Assembly: GCA_963664405.1 (NCBI GenBank)
Contig: OY761158.1
Coordinates: 5,728,001-5,792,000, forward strand
Direction: 5' to 3'
DNA: 64,000 nt
Source: Thermoanaerobaculia bacterium
GTDB taxonomy: Bacteria; Acidobacteriota; Thermoanaerobaculia; Multivoradales; Multivoraceae
Of the stretch, positions 10,945 to 21,309 are shown in pieces. Position 1 is the first letter of the stretch, and every line of letters starts with the position of its first letter. A program made the position numbers and the translations under genes. Under the pieces are notes generated by a model, which made no database searches, had not been told where the DNA came from, and was given only the letters and a program-made list of their open reading frames with translations.

Positions 10945-12339
10945 TCAACCCGCGTGCCAGGAGCCCTCCGCCTCGAGCTCGCCGGCGAGGTGATCGAGCC
11001 CGCGGCCAACGCAGTGAACGATCTCGTCGACGTCGCTCTTCTCGATCACTAGCGGAGGAGAGAAGGCGAGAGTGTCGCGCATGGCACGAACGATGACGCC
11101 ATCCTCGAGGGCGAGGCGCGACAACCGACGTCCGACCTTGTTCTCGGGGTCGAAAGGTCTCTTTTCCGCTTTGCTGGCGACAAGCTCGACTCCGGCAACG
11201 AGTCCCACACCTCGGACCTCGCCGACGAGCGGATGCGGCGCTAGCTCTGAGCGGAGCCGTTTCTGGAAATAGGCGCCGATGGTCGCCGCATTGTCGATCA
11301 ATCCTTCCTTTTCGATGACATCGAGATTGGCGAGCGCGGTCGCCGCCGCGACCGGATGACCGCTGTAGGTATAGCCGTGAGAGAAAGGCCCGTGCTCTTT
11401 CGAGCCCACGCGTAATACCTCCCACACTGGATCCGACACCAGGCAGGCGGACATCGGTATATAGCCGCTGGTGAGACCTTTGGCCACCGACATGAGGTCC
11501 GGCTCGAGTCCGTAATAGTCCGACCCGAAAGGAGCTCCCAGGCGGCCAAAGCCGCAGATGACTTCGTCGGCGATGAAGAGGATGTCGTGCTGGCGCAGAA
11601 GCGGCAGTATGCGCTCGAAATAGCCCTGGGGCGGTACGATCACGCCGCCTGCCCCCATCACCGGCTCGGCGATCATGGCCGCCAGGGTGTCCGCCCCTTC
11701 GTACTCGATGAGCTTGGCGAGCTCGGCCGCGAGGATGTCGGAGAACTCCTCTTCGCCGACACCCGGTGGAGCGTTTCTATAGTGATGTGGCTGCTCGAGG
11801 TGAAGGAACCCATCGAGTGGAAGGTCGAAGACTGCGTGCATCGGTGCGAGCCCTGTGAGGCTGGCGGCGCCGAGGGTGACGCCGTGGTAGGCGCCGTGCA
11901 GGGAGATGATCTTCTTCTTCGCCTTCTTGCCGCGTACATTGTTGTAGTAGCGGACGATCTTGATCTGTGTGTCGTTGGCTTCAGAGCCGGAGTTGGCGAA
12001 GAAGACTTTCGACAGATTCCCCGGGGCCATGGCGGTGAGGCGCTCGGCCAGGAGTATGGCGGGTGTCGTCGAGCTCGACGCGAAGGAGTGGTAATAGGAC
12101 AGTCGGCTTGCTTGGGCCGCCATCGCTTCCACCAGCTCCGATCGTCCGTAGCCGACGTTGACGCACCACAACCCGGCCATGGCATCGATGTATTCGCGAC
12201 CGTGGCGATCGCGAACGCGAACCCCCTTCGCCTCGTCGATGATCAGGGGCCCCTCGTCGAGGTGCTCCTGGATCGAAGTGAAAGGGTGTAGAAGGGTCCT
12301 TCGGTCGAGCTCCTCGAGGCTGACCGGCGTTGTCGTCAC
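10945..12339 (-). CDS. Class III PLP aminotransferase (omega-amino acid/putrescine:pyruvate type)
   Basis: AGLWCVNVGYG, NSGSEAND, AYHG, EPVMGAGG, DEVICGFGRLG, AKGLTSGY and HGYTYSGHP. Confidence 0.92.
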   Translation of the reverse strand: MTTTPVSLEELDRRTLLHPFTSIQEHLDEGPLIIDEAKGVRVRDRHGREYIDAMAGLWCVNVGYGRSELVEAMAAQASRLSYYHSFASSSTTPAILLAERLTAMAPGNLSKVFFANSGSEANDTQIKIVRYYNNVRGKKAKKKIISLHGAYHGVTLGAASLTGLAPMHAVFDLPLDGFLHLEQPHHYRNAPPGVGEEEFSDILAAELAKLIEYEGADTLAAMIAEPVMGAGGVIVPPQGYFERILPLLRQHDILFIADEVICGFGRLGAPFGSDYYGLEPDLMSVAKGLTSGYIPMSACLVSDPVWEVLRVGSKEHGPFSHGYTYSGHPVAAATALANLDVIEKEGLIDNAATIGAYFQKRLRSELAPHPLVGEVRGVGLVAGVELVASKAEKRPFDPENKVGRRLSRLALEDGVIVRAMRDTLAFSPPLVIEKSDVDEIVHCVGRGLDHLAGELEAEGSWHAG

Positions 12340-12680
12340 GCGGTCGGAGTGCTGGGTGGATCCGTCTCGGCGGTGCCGAAGATCTCGCCGAGCTGGCCGT
12401 TGCCGTGCATCTCCATCAGGATGTCGCAGCCGCCGATGAATTCGCCGTCAACGTAGAGTTGAGGGATGGTCGGCCAGTCGCTGAACTCCTTGATTCCCTC
12501 GCGGATCGCGGGGTCTTCGAGGACGTTCACGCTGCCGAAGTCGACGCCGTAGTGCTGCAGAATCTGCACCGTCTGCTGCGAAAAGCCGCACTGGGGAAAG
12601 GCCGGCGTGCCTTTCATGAAGAGCGTTACTCGTTTGCTCTTGAGGGTGTTCTCGATCTGGTCTTTGACGTCGCTATTCAT
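12336..12680 (-). CDS. grxD: Monothiol glutaredoxin Grx4
   Basis: FMKGTP.FPQCGFS and IKEFSDWPTIPQLYVDGEFIGGCDI. Confidence 0.95.
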   Translation of the reverse strand: MNSDVKDQIENTLKSKRVTLFMKGTPAFPQCGFSQQTVQILQHYGVDFGSVNVLEDPAIREGIKEFSDWPTIPQLYVDGEFIGGCDILMEMHGNGQLGEIFGTAETDPPSTPTA

Positions 12681-12711
12681 TGCTCTTCTCCTACAGATGA
12701 CTGGGGAAGGT

Positions 12712-12975
12712 CTAGACGACCGATAGCGGTCCTTTGCTCTGCGCCTGCTCCCACTTGTCGGGAGTGTAGGTGCGCAGCTGGAGGGCGTGAACGCGCTCGC
12801 TGTCAAATTCCCCTTTGAGCGCGTTCATCACCAGCTGGTGCTGGCGTACCAGGCTGAGGTCCTCGAAGTCGACACTGATGACGACTGCCGCGAAGTGGGA
12901 GTCGTCCGGTGAGTCCACGTGAACAACAGCGTTGGGTAGCGATCTCCGGATGGCCTCTTCGATCATGTGCTTCAT
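12712..12975 (-). CDS. bolA: BolA family protein
   Basis: HF..VVIS..FE..SLVRQHQLV..AL..VHALQLRT; adjacent to grxD. Confidence 0.9.
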   Translation of the reverse strand: MKHMIEEAIRRSLPNAVVHVDSPDDSHFAAVVISVDFEDLSLVRQHQLVMNALKGEFDSERVHALQLRTYTPDKWEQAQSKGPLSVV

Positions 12976-13068
12976 CGTGCTCTGAGGGCCGGAAAAGGGC
13001 CGGGCCACAGCTCACTATGATAGCAGGCTCTCGGAGTACCGGGACAGCCGCGGGAGAGCTTCGTCGAC

Positions 13069-15737
13069 TCAGGGATCCCCGGGGAAGGCGGCGGTATCGC
13101 CCAGTCCGCAGATGTTGCCGCCCTCGTTGGCGTACTCCTTGGATACCCCGGTCGCCGTATCGGTGACCTTGATCGTGTACTCGACGTCCGACAGCGCGCC
13201 ATAGAAGAACCAGAAGCCTCCGGTGATGGCCTGGCCGTCCAAGGATTTGACGACCAGCTCGATATTGTCCGAGTCGAAGAACCAGAAGAATCCCGACTCG
13301 TCGCTGAAGGGAACGGCGGTGCCGACCCCGGTGTCGCTGTTGCGGTGATTGCGCCAATCGACACTTACCTCGAATCGACCGTCGAGGAGGCATAGCGTCA
13401 GGTCGTCGGCGACGCAGGCTTCGCGGCTGACCAGGCGAGGTCGAGGCGCCTCCAAGCCGTCGAGAGTGGAGGGATGTGACGATCGGTACAGCGCACTGGC
13501 GGATAACTCTGATCTCGTGCTTCCCGGCGCGCCCGGCTCGGGAAAAGCGAGCGTGTCCCCCAGCCCGCAGATGTTCCCAGGCTCGTTGCGGTAAAGACGT
13601 CGCGCTCCACTCGCGGTGTCGGTGACAGTAATCCAATACTCCACATCCGACAGTGCTCCATAGAAGAGCCAGTGCGCGCCGGTGAGACTTCGGCCGTCCA
13701 GAGATTTGACGATCAACTCGACATTGTCTGGGCTGAAGAACCAGAACAAGCCGCTTTGGTTGGTCCCCTCGATGGCGGTGCCGAAGCCGGTATTGCCGTT
13801 GCGCTGATTCCGCCACTCCACCTCTACCTTGAAGCGACTTTCGAGCAGACAGAGGTGCCGGTCGGAAGCCTCGCAGCCGGGTGCGTCGTCGTCATCTTCG
13901 ATGACGATCACTCCGGTCTCGAGAAGAACGCTCGGTCCTTGGCCGACCTGAAAGCTGGTGAGAAAAAGCTCGACAAGCTCGGTGCCCTCGGCGCGGAAGT
14001 CGTTGACAATCGGCACGGTGACCACCTTGGTCGTTGCGTCTTCGTTGGTCCAGGTGACCGAGACCTGCTTTGTCTCGTAATCGAGACCGGCTGCGGCGCT
14101 CAAATCGCCGGTGCTCAAGGTTACGGTCTTCGAACCGGCTGCGCCGTTGGTACGGGTCAATCTGATGACCGCGGTGCCGGTGGATTCGGAGCCGAGGATG
14201 GTGGGTGTTTCGAAGCCGATCTCGCCTGGTGACGTGTTTGCCAGGTCGATCGTTACCCGATTGCTTCCGGAGCTCTCTCCGGATTCATTGTAGGACCGTA
14301 CTTCGTAGGTCTGGCTCGATGTGACGTCGAGGTCGAGATCGATGAAGCTGGTTCCGTTCTTCGAGACCTCCGCCAAGGGCTCGAAATCGCTTCCGTCTCT
14401 ACGGCGGTAGACACGGAAGCCGTCTTCGTCGTTCGAGCGGTCGGTCCAGGTGAGGCGGATCGATCCGCCCAAGAACTCGAGGATCAGATCGGTCGGTGCC
14501 TTCGGTGGCGGTGCGCTCCCATAGACTGCTCGCGCAGCAGCTCGGTCGTCGGAGCCGATCCGCGCGCCGCGGCCGTCGTTGTGCACGGTAGCTCGCATCA
14601 GCGCTTCGTCGCGCGCCACACTCGACGAACACCTCGGAGAAGATGAGTCACCACAGGAGTGACCGAATCCAAGCGCATGCCCGATCTCGTGGGCCAGGAT
14701 CTCGGAGAGGCGCAGACTGCTATCGAGGAGATAGCAGCCGATGTTCCTGTTGGTGATGTGACTTCACCTTCAAAAATGTGGAAGTACTGCTTACCCTTGA
14801 AGCCGCCAGGGACCTGGAAGTAGCGCGTGCCGCCGATGGCGAGGATCCCACCTTCGAAGCAGAGAAAGGAGTCGTCGATGTCGCCGCTGAGGTCATTCCA
14901 GAGGAAAGTGTTTGAGCCGTCTCGGCCGGCGAAGCCGGCTGAGGCCGCGGTCTGGCCGCCGTAGTTCATGTCGATGTCGGTCCGGGAGACTTCGTTCCAG
15001 ACCGCCAAGGCACGGCGTGCCTCGGCGAAGCCACCGTTGGTCATTCCAGGCTGTCCGGAGCGGTGAGCAACCCACTCGACGCTGTCGCCGTCACCAAAAT
15101 CGAACCAGCGCAGCGGGATGTTGGTACCCGGGTCACGGATCAGAGTGAAGCGCGGCTCGAGACTTTCTCGGTCGACGTCGACAAAATAGTCGGCCCTACG
15201 TTCCGTGCCGGCGACGCGATCCTGGAGCCAGCGAACGAAGCGCGTCCGGTCTCGCCACTTCGACTCTCCCGCCAGACTGCGCCCACGGAGGTCAAACCCC
15301 TGTGCTTCTCCAAGATGAGGTCTTGCCAGCACCTCACGGCCCGCGGCCTCGAAGCTGCGGAAAGCGCCAAGAATGAGGTGGGCAACTCCCCAGGTCCGGT
15401 CGCTGCGCCGGCGAAGAAAGAGAAGGACTCTCTCGCCCGGCTCGAAGACCGGGACTCCCCAGAATCGCAGGCCTTCTCCTTCGGCGATCTCGCCTCCCGG
15501 GAGCCTGACGACGATAGTGGAGCCCGTTCGCGAGTCGCCCTTGACGAGCTCGAGGAGACGGATGCGGTAGTCGGTGGCCAGCCTCTGCGAGGGCGCTAGC
15601 CCAGCGTCCAGTACTTCGAAGACTCCAATCAGCGCGGCCCCATCGGTCAGACTCTCATCCGCCACCTGGATGTAGGTGGTCGCTCTAGACGGAGTCGAGG
15701 AGAGAAGGAGAAGCAGGAGGAGTAGACGCTGTCTCAT
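13069..15737 (-). pseudogene. Secreted metzincin (matrixin-like) protease with FN3, Calx-beta and two acidobacterial repeat domains, frameshifted near 14758
   Basis: Signal peptide MRQRLLLLLLLLSSTPSRA; HEIGHALGFGH zinc motif lies upstream of and in frame with ORF 13069-14619; FN3 (LTWTDRSNDEDGFRVYR); Calx-beta (TAVIRLTR..DY..W..D...EG.E); two CLL.RF..FWFF..DN.E..K.LDG domains. Confidence 0.78.
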
Positions 15738-15863
15738 TGTCGGAAGCCCTCCGGGGAGGCGGGGCTCCAAGCCATTATAGGTAGGTATGTCCTCTAAGCA
15801 TATAGATACGTGTCGATTGGTGATTGAACCAGGCGCCTAAAACCTTCAGTCGACAGCCCCCCG

Positions 15864-16150
15864 CTATGGTATTTTGCAAGCGTGTCGGACACACCTGTAG
15901 GGCCCGTGGTTCGGCTCTTGGCCTACATGCGCAAGGCCCGCGGCTACTACCTGATCGGTTTCTTTCTGACCGTCGGTTATGCGTTCCTCTTCCAGCTCGT
16001 TCCGCTGTCGGTGCGTCTATGGTATTTTGCAAGCGTGTCGGACACACCGTCGTGGTTCGCTCTTGGCCTACATGCGCAAGGCCCGCGGCTACTACCTGAT
16101 CGGTTTCTTTCTGAGTGTTCCTCTTCCAGCTCGTTCCGCTGTCGGTGCGT
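15864..16150 (+). repeat. Imperfect ~150-bp tandem duplication of the ABC exporter 5' end
   Basis: CTATGGTATTTTGCAAGCGTGTCGGACACACC...TTCCGCTGTCGGTGCGT occurs at 15864 and 16017; the second copy has small deletions. Confidence 0.88.
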
Positions 16151-17798
16151 CGCATCGTCGGCGTAGTGGGTGGGTGTGCGAGTGCGGGACCTCGCTGCGG
16201 TCTCGATAGTTTTTGCGATCTTCCGATTGGGGTCGCGGGTGGTCATGTTTCGTATCGGGCGCCAGATCGAGTATCGCCTACGCAACGACTACTTTGCGCA
16301 ACTGCAGCGCCTGCCCCAGTCGTTCTTCAATGCTCATCGCACCGGCGATCTGATGTCGAGGGCGGTGAACGACATCAACAGCGTCAGGCTGTTTCTGGGT
16401 ATGGGGCTGCTCAACATCGTCCAGACGCCGGTTCTCTACATCGGTGCGGCGATTGTGATGATCGGCATCGACCCCTGGCTCACTCTGTGGGTGATCGCAC
16501 CCTTTCCGCTTTTCGTTCTTAATGCGCGCATTTTCGGCCGACATATGTTTGCCGCCAACCTCGCCGGTCAGGAACAGCTTGGCCGCGTATCGACCCGAGT
16601 GCAAGAGAATGCCTCCGGGGTTCTTGTCGTTCGCTCCTACGGCCTCGAGGACCAGGAACGGGACCGCTTCGAGGAGGAAAATCGGACGCTTTACCAGCGC
16701 ATGATGCGGGTGGGAGTCATCAGCCTCGGTATGCAGAACATAGTCGGGCTGCTACCGGCCGTCGCCTCGGGCCTGGTGGTGCTACTTGGAGGGCGAGCCG
16801 TGGCGGCGGGGCGCCTGACCTCCGAAGATCTTTGGGTGTTCTGGGTCTACATCGGCATGCTCACTTTCCCCACGGTGATGTTGGGCTATGTGATCTCTTC
16901 GGCCCAGCGCGGTCTCGCGGCACTCCGCCGTCTCGGCGAGGTGCTCGATATCGTGCCCTCGATCGCGGATCGCCCAAACGTTGCCCAGATGGATCGAGTT
17001 CGTGGGGCGATCACGCTACGCGAGCTCTCCTTCTCCTATCCGGGCAGTGGCTCTGCGCGCGCCCTCGACGCCATCGACCTCGACATCGAAGCGGGCCAGA
17101 CCGTCGGCATTGTCGGTCCGGTAGGCGGAGGCAAGAGCACGCTGGTCAGCGTCATTCCTCGCTTACTCGAAGTTGCCGATGACCATGCGCTGATCGACGG
17201 CATCGATGTGAACAGGGTTCCGGTCAACCTGCTCCGCTCTTCGATCGCGATGGTGCCGCAGGATAGCTTCCTTTTCTCCACCACGATCGCTGAAAACATT
17301 CGCTTCGGCCGTCCCGATGCGGATCTCCACGAAGTTCGAGAGGCCGCACGACGTGCCCACGTGCTTCTGGACATCGAAGACTTCCCTGATGGTTTCGATA
17401 CCGTCGTTGGGGAGCGCGGTATTACCCTGTCCGGCGGCCAGCGCCAGCGGGTGGCCTTGGCTCGAGCGATGTTGCTCGACCCTTCGATCCTGATCCTCGA
17501 CGACTCGTTATCGAGTGTCGACCATGCGACCGAAGATGGGATCCTCACCGATCTCAGCGATGCCATGGCAGGGTGCACCTGCTTGATCGTTGCGCACCGA
17601 ATCTCGGCGGTTCGCGACGCGGACATGATCGTCGTTATCGAACAGGGTCGGCTCACCGAGCGGGGCACCCACGAGTCGTTGGTCGCGGAAGGAGGGTTTT
17701 ACGCCCGGCTTCATCAGCGCCAGAAGCTCGAGGAAGAGCTGGAGTCGCCGGAGCTGGAGGGAGCGCAGCCGATCCCACGTGCAGAGGATGTGGCATGA
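15882..17798 (+). CDS. ABC exporter ATP-binding/permease, half 1 of a heterodimer; 5' end disrupted by the duplication
   Basis: RTGDLMSR..ND, GPVGGGKST, LSGGQRQR, ILDDSLSSVD (degenerate Walker B) and AHR; natural N-terminus MSDTPVGPVVRLLAY at 15882, open frame from 16170. Confidence 0.85.
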
Positions 17799-19624
17799 GC
17801 GGGATTGGCGACCAGGAAGAGCTGGCTCTCGGCAAGGTCTACGACTCAGATTTGGTGCGGCGCCTGTGGCCCTTCGCGCGGCCCCATTGGCGCTACATCA
17901 TGTTCTCGTTTCTCTTGATCCCGCTGCGGGGTCTTCTCGAAGTGGTCCCTCCTCTAGTGGTCGGCGCCGCCCTCAACTATCTCGTCGAGGGCGAGGTGTC
18001 TTCGGCGGTGCCGTTGGCTGAGGGATTCCTGCAGCCACACCTAGGTCTGGAGCCGCTCGAATGGCTGTTTGCGGTACTGATCACGGTGGCGGTGGCGCTG
18101 CTTTCGCTGGACTGGCTTCGCGGCTGGTCGATGCTCGTTCTCGGGCAGAAGACCGTATTGGACCTGCGCCGCCACCTCTTCGATCATGTTCAGCGACTCC
18201 CGATGCGCTTCTTCGACCGTTACCCGGTGGGCCGTCTGGTGACCCGGCTGACCAACGATCTCGAGAGCCTTGCCGAGATGTTCTCGATGGGGGTTGTTGC
18301 TCTCATCGCCGACCTCTTCGTCATGGCTTTCTTCGCCTATGTTGTCTTCACCATCGATCCCCGCTTAGCTGCGGTGGCGATGGCTATCGTCCCGCTGCTC
18401 GCGATCGGAGCCGGCATCTTCCGCTACAAAGTTCGAGAGGCCTTTCGTGAAGTACGCGTCAAGATCGCGAGGCTCAATGCGCAGCTGCAAGAGACCATCT
18501 CGGGGATGAAGGTGGTACAGCTGTTCGCTCGCGAGGCCCGCAACATGGCTGACTTCGATCGCATGAACGCGTCGCATCGCGACTCGTGGATTCGCTCGAT
18601 CAACTACGACGCGCTGCTGTACTCCTCGGTCGATCTCGCCACCAACCTTACGCGGGCCCTCATCTTCTGGTACGGCGCTCGGCTGATGGGTCGGGGAGAG
18701 ATCTCGATCGGCACCCTCTATGTCTTCACCGACTACATGGTGCGTTTCTTTCGCCCGCTGATGGATCTCTCCGGCAAGTACTCGATCATGCAGTCGTCGA
18801 TGGCCAGCGCCGAGCGCGTTTTCCAGCTGCTGGACGAAGAGCAGGAGCCGCCAGACCGAGCCGGGACGGAGGTCGCGGGTAAGGGCGAGGTCGTCTTCGA
18901 CCATGTGACCTTTTCTTACGGCGACGCGCCGGTGCTGAAAGATGTCTCCTTTCGGGTTGCGCCAGGAGAGCGGGTCGCCTTCGTCGGCCACACCGGGTCC
19001 GGAAAAACAACCACTCTGAAGCTCTTGGCTCGTCTCTACGAGCTCGAAGAGGGGAGCATCCGTGTGGATGGCGTGGACATTCGTGAGATACCTCGCGATG
19101 AGCTGCGACGACACATGGCGTTCGTACTACAGGACGTGTTTCTCTTTGACGGCACTCTGCGCTACAACATTCTTCTCGACTCTGAGACCGCGGGCGAAGA
19201 GGAGCTCGCCGCCGCGGTCGACGCCACCCATGTTCGGCCCCTGGTGGATCGGCTGCCGCAGGGCTATGAGCAGCCGGTGAGCGAGCGCGGGGTGAATTTC
19301 TCGACCGGCGAGCGGCAGCTGCTCTCCTTTGCCCGCGCCTTGGTTCGGCGGCCGTCCATCCTGTTGCTGGACGAGGCGACCTCGAGCGTCGATACCGAGA
19401 CCGAGGCCTTGGTGCAGGATGCCCTTCATCATCTCCTCGAGGGCAAGACTTCGATCGTCGTTGCCCACCGTCTCTCGACCATTCAGGATGTCGATCGAAT
19501 CTACGTCATGCACCACGGCTCGATCTGCGAGCGCGGCAACCATCAGGAGCTCTTGGCTCAACGTGGCCTCTACTGGCGCTTGTACCAGATTCAGTTTGCC
19601 CAGCAGGAGGGCGCGGCCGCCTAG
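17795..19624 (+). CDS. ABC exporter ATP-binding/permease, half 2 of a heterodimer
   Basis: PVGRLVTRLTND, GHTGSGKTT, FSTGERQ, LLDEATSSVD and AHRLSTI; ATGA overlap with the previous gene. Confidence 0.92.
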   Translation: MSGIGDQEELALGKVYDSDLVRRLWPFARPHWRYIMFSFLLIPLRGLLEVVPPLVVGAALNYLVEGEVSSAVPLAEGFLQPHLGLEPLEWLFAVLITVAVALLSLDWLRGWSMLVLGQKTVLDLRRHLFDHVQRLPMRFFDRYPVGRLVTRLTNDLESLAEMFSMGVVALIADLFVMAFFAYVVFTIDPRLAAVAMAIVPLLAIGAGIFRYKVREAFREVRVKIARLNAQLQETISGMKVVQLFAREARNMADFDRMNASHRDSWIRSINYDALLYSSVDLATNLTRALIFWYGARLMGRGEISIGTLYVFTDYMVRFFRPLMDLSGKYSIMQSSMASAERVFQLLDEEQEPPDRAGTEVAGKGEVVFDHVTFSYGDAPVLKDVSFRVAPGERVAFVGHTGSGKTTTLKLLARLYELEEGSIRVDGVDIREIPRDELRRHMAFVLQDVFLFDGTLRYNILLDSETAGEEELAAAVDATHVRPLVDRLPQGYEQPVSERGVNFSTGERQLLSFARALVRRPSILLLDEATSSVDTETEALVQDALHHLLEGKTSIVVAHRLSTIQDVDRIYVMHHGSICERGNHQELLAQRGLYWRLYQIQFAQQEGAAA

Positions 19625-19697
19625 TAGACCAGCGTTTCCAAAGTTCGGGCTGCATAGCTCGAGCTCATTCGGTTCGCTGGCCAGGCGCGCCGACGCG
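19624..19697. repeat. Half copy of the ~166-bp CTAG palindromic element
   Basis: TAGACCAGCGTTTCCAAAGTTCG...TTCGCTGGCCAGGCGCGCCGACGC matches the copies at 26954, 48542 and 59901. Confidence 0.85.
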
Positions 19698-19760
19698 ACG
19701 GCTCTCTGGAAGAGAGCTCGTTCGAGTTGGAGGACATCGTTTGCGAGTGGCACGGCGTCG

Positions 19761-20489
19761 TCGACGAAGCTGACCTTGATCCTCTGCTCGAGGAACGACG
19801 ATTACGGAGGAGATTCGGTGGCGCGACTGACCAGCACTCTCAACCACGCTGGACAGATCCTCGCCGAGTGCGGGCACTTGGGCAATACCGAGATCGTGGT
19901 TTCCGACTGGGGCAGTGAGGAGCCGTTATCGGGGGTATTGGATCTCAACGCCGAGCCGAGGAAGATCGTTCACTTCAACTACATACCCCGCGAGGCGACC
20001 GCCAAGCTACCCACCGAGTTCTCGGAGGTCCACGCGTTGAACTCCGCTGCACGGCTCATTGCCGGCGACTTCATTGGAAGAATCGACCAGGATACGTTGA
20101 TCGGTCGGCGCTTCGTGGAGTGGTTCTTTGGAGGTGGGTTCTCGACTCGATGCGCCTATTTCTCCAGTCGGCGGGACATGGCCGAAGGCCAACCGGCGGA
20201 GCGCTATGAGGAGGCTCCGCTTTGGAAAGAGGATAGAAGGGCCTGGCATCGGAGCTGGTTCTGGCGGGCCGCGGTAGGGATCTTTCTGATTCCCCGGCAG
20301 ACCTATTGGGACCTAGGCGGATACGACGAGGCGAACATTCATCGAGGCCACATGGAGCAGGAGTTTGTCTTCCGGCTGCGGCGCGCGGGAAAGGTTCTGT
20401 GCCCCAATGGCGAGAGCTGGGGATTGCTCGGTGCCGCTCGGGAACCGCGCCGGCAAGGAACCGAGAAACCTTCTTCCGCCGAGATCTGA
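19761..20489 (+). CDS. GT-A fold glycosyltransferase-like protein; start codon unclear, possibly 5'-truncated
   Basis: LILCSRNDD, EIVVSDWGS, RIDQDTL (DxD) and GGYDE..GHMEQEF.FRL. Confidence 0.6.
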   Translation, partial: STKLTLILCSRNDDYGGDSVARLTSTLNHAGQILAECGHLGNTEIVVSDWGSEEPLSGVLDLNAEPRKIVHFNYIPREATAKLPTEFSEVHALNSAARLIAGDFIGRIDQDTLIGRRFVEWFFGGGFSTRCAYFSSRRDMAEGQPAERYEEAPLWKEDRRAWHRSWFWRAAVGIFLIPRQTYWDLGGYDEANIHRGHMEQEFVFRLRRAGKVLCPNGESWGLLGAAREPRRQGTEKPSSAEI

Positions 20490-20491
20490 CT

Positions 20492-21187
20492 TCAGTAGGA
20501 GACACCGACCGAGTCACAGAGGAACGCTACGAAGTCGCCGGCTGCCTCGAACGCCTTGGTTACTTCATCGAGGAGCCTCGGCTGATAGAGCCGGTCGGTC
20601 GCAAGCGAACGAGTGGCGATGAAGTCTTTGCGCTTGAGATCCTCGATCTGGGGGTGGTCTTCGTCGTAACCGCGTGGTGCCCGTTTCAATGAGTCGCCTC
20701 CGAGCTCCCAGGTACGGGTGAAGGCCTTCGCGGCGCGCGCTTTGTGCCACCCTTCGGGATGAAGGTCTATCCCTCTTCGGATTCCGGCCAGGCCGGTGGC
20801 GTCTGGGCGCCACATGCCTGCGCCCAAAAAGACGGAAGCCGGCTCGAGGTGCACGTAGAAGCCGGGAGCGTGAATGTCCTTGCCTCGCTCGTGGCGGAAC
20901 TGGATGCCGAGGTTGGTTTTGTAGGGGCGCTTGTCCTTGGCGAATCGAGTGTCACGGTAGATGCGCATCATCGAACCGCCGGTCTTCTTCGCGATCGCGA
21001 GGAAGTGCGGTGAGATCGACTCTAGGCGGGGTGCCATGGCTTCGACAAAGGCCATCGCTGGCACCACTACTTCGCTCTCGTACCGGGCTTTGTTGGCGTT
21101 GAACCAATCTCTGTCGTTGTTCTCTGCGAGCTCGTCGAGAAAATCGATGAGCGAGGGCTCGAAGTGGCGAAAAGATTGTGTACCCAT
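20492..21187 (-). CDS. DUF2461 / TIGR02453 family protein
   Basis: L.ENNDRDWF..NK..YE, RIYRDTRFAKDKRPYKT, PGFYVH and LKRAPRGY..DHP..EDLKRK. Confidence 0.92.
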   Translation of the reverse strand: MGTQSFRHFEPSLIDFLDELAENNDRDWFNANKARYESEVVVPAMAFVEAMAPRLESISPHFLAIAKKTGGSMMRIYRDTRFAKDKRPYKTNLGIQFRHERGKDIHAPGFYVHLEPASVFLGAGMWRPDATGLAGIRRGIDLHPEGWHKARAAKAFTRTWELGGDSLKRAPRGYDEDHPQIEDLKRKDFIATRSLATDRLYQPRLLDEVTKAFEAAGDFVAFLCDSVGVSY

Positions 21188-21219
21188 TGTCGGTCTCGAG
21201 GTTGCGAGTATGTGCTTGT

Positions 21220-21309
21220 TAGGAGCGTGTCCGAGAATTCGGACAGGCGAGTAGTTCTTAGGGGGGGATGGGCCGGAGAACGGGCCGCAGGCCGGTTTTC
21301 CGGGGCTAG
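21220..21309. repeat. Second repeat subfamily (TAGGAGC...GGGGCTAG), also nested inside the 26954 element
   Basis: GGCGAGTAGTTCTxAGGxGGGGATGGGCCGGAGAACGGGCCGCAGG is shared with 27015-27090; its CTAG supplies the stop codon of the enoyl-CoA hydratase gene. Confidence 0.8.

Noticed and set aside
14740-14770. Programmed ribosomal frameshift in the metzincin gene
   Set aside because: No slippery heptamer or stimulatory structure; more likely an indel
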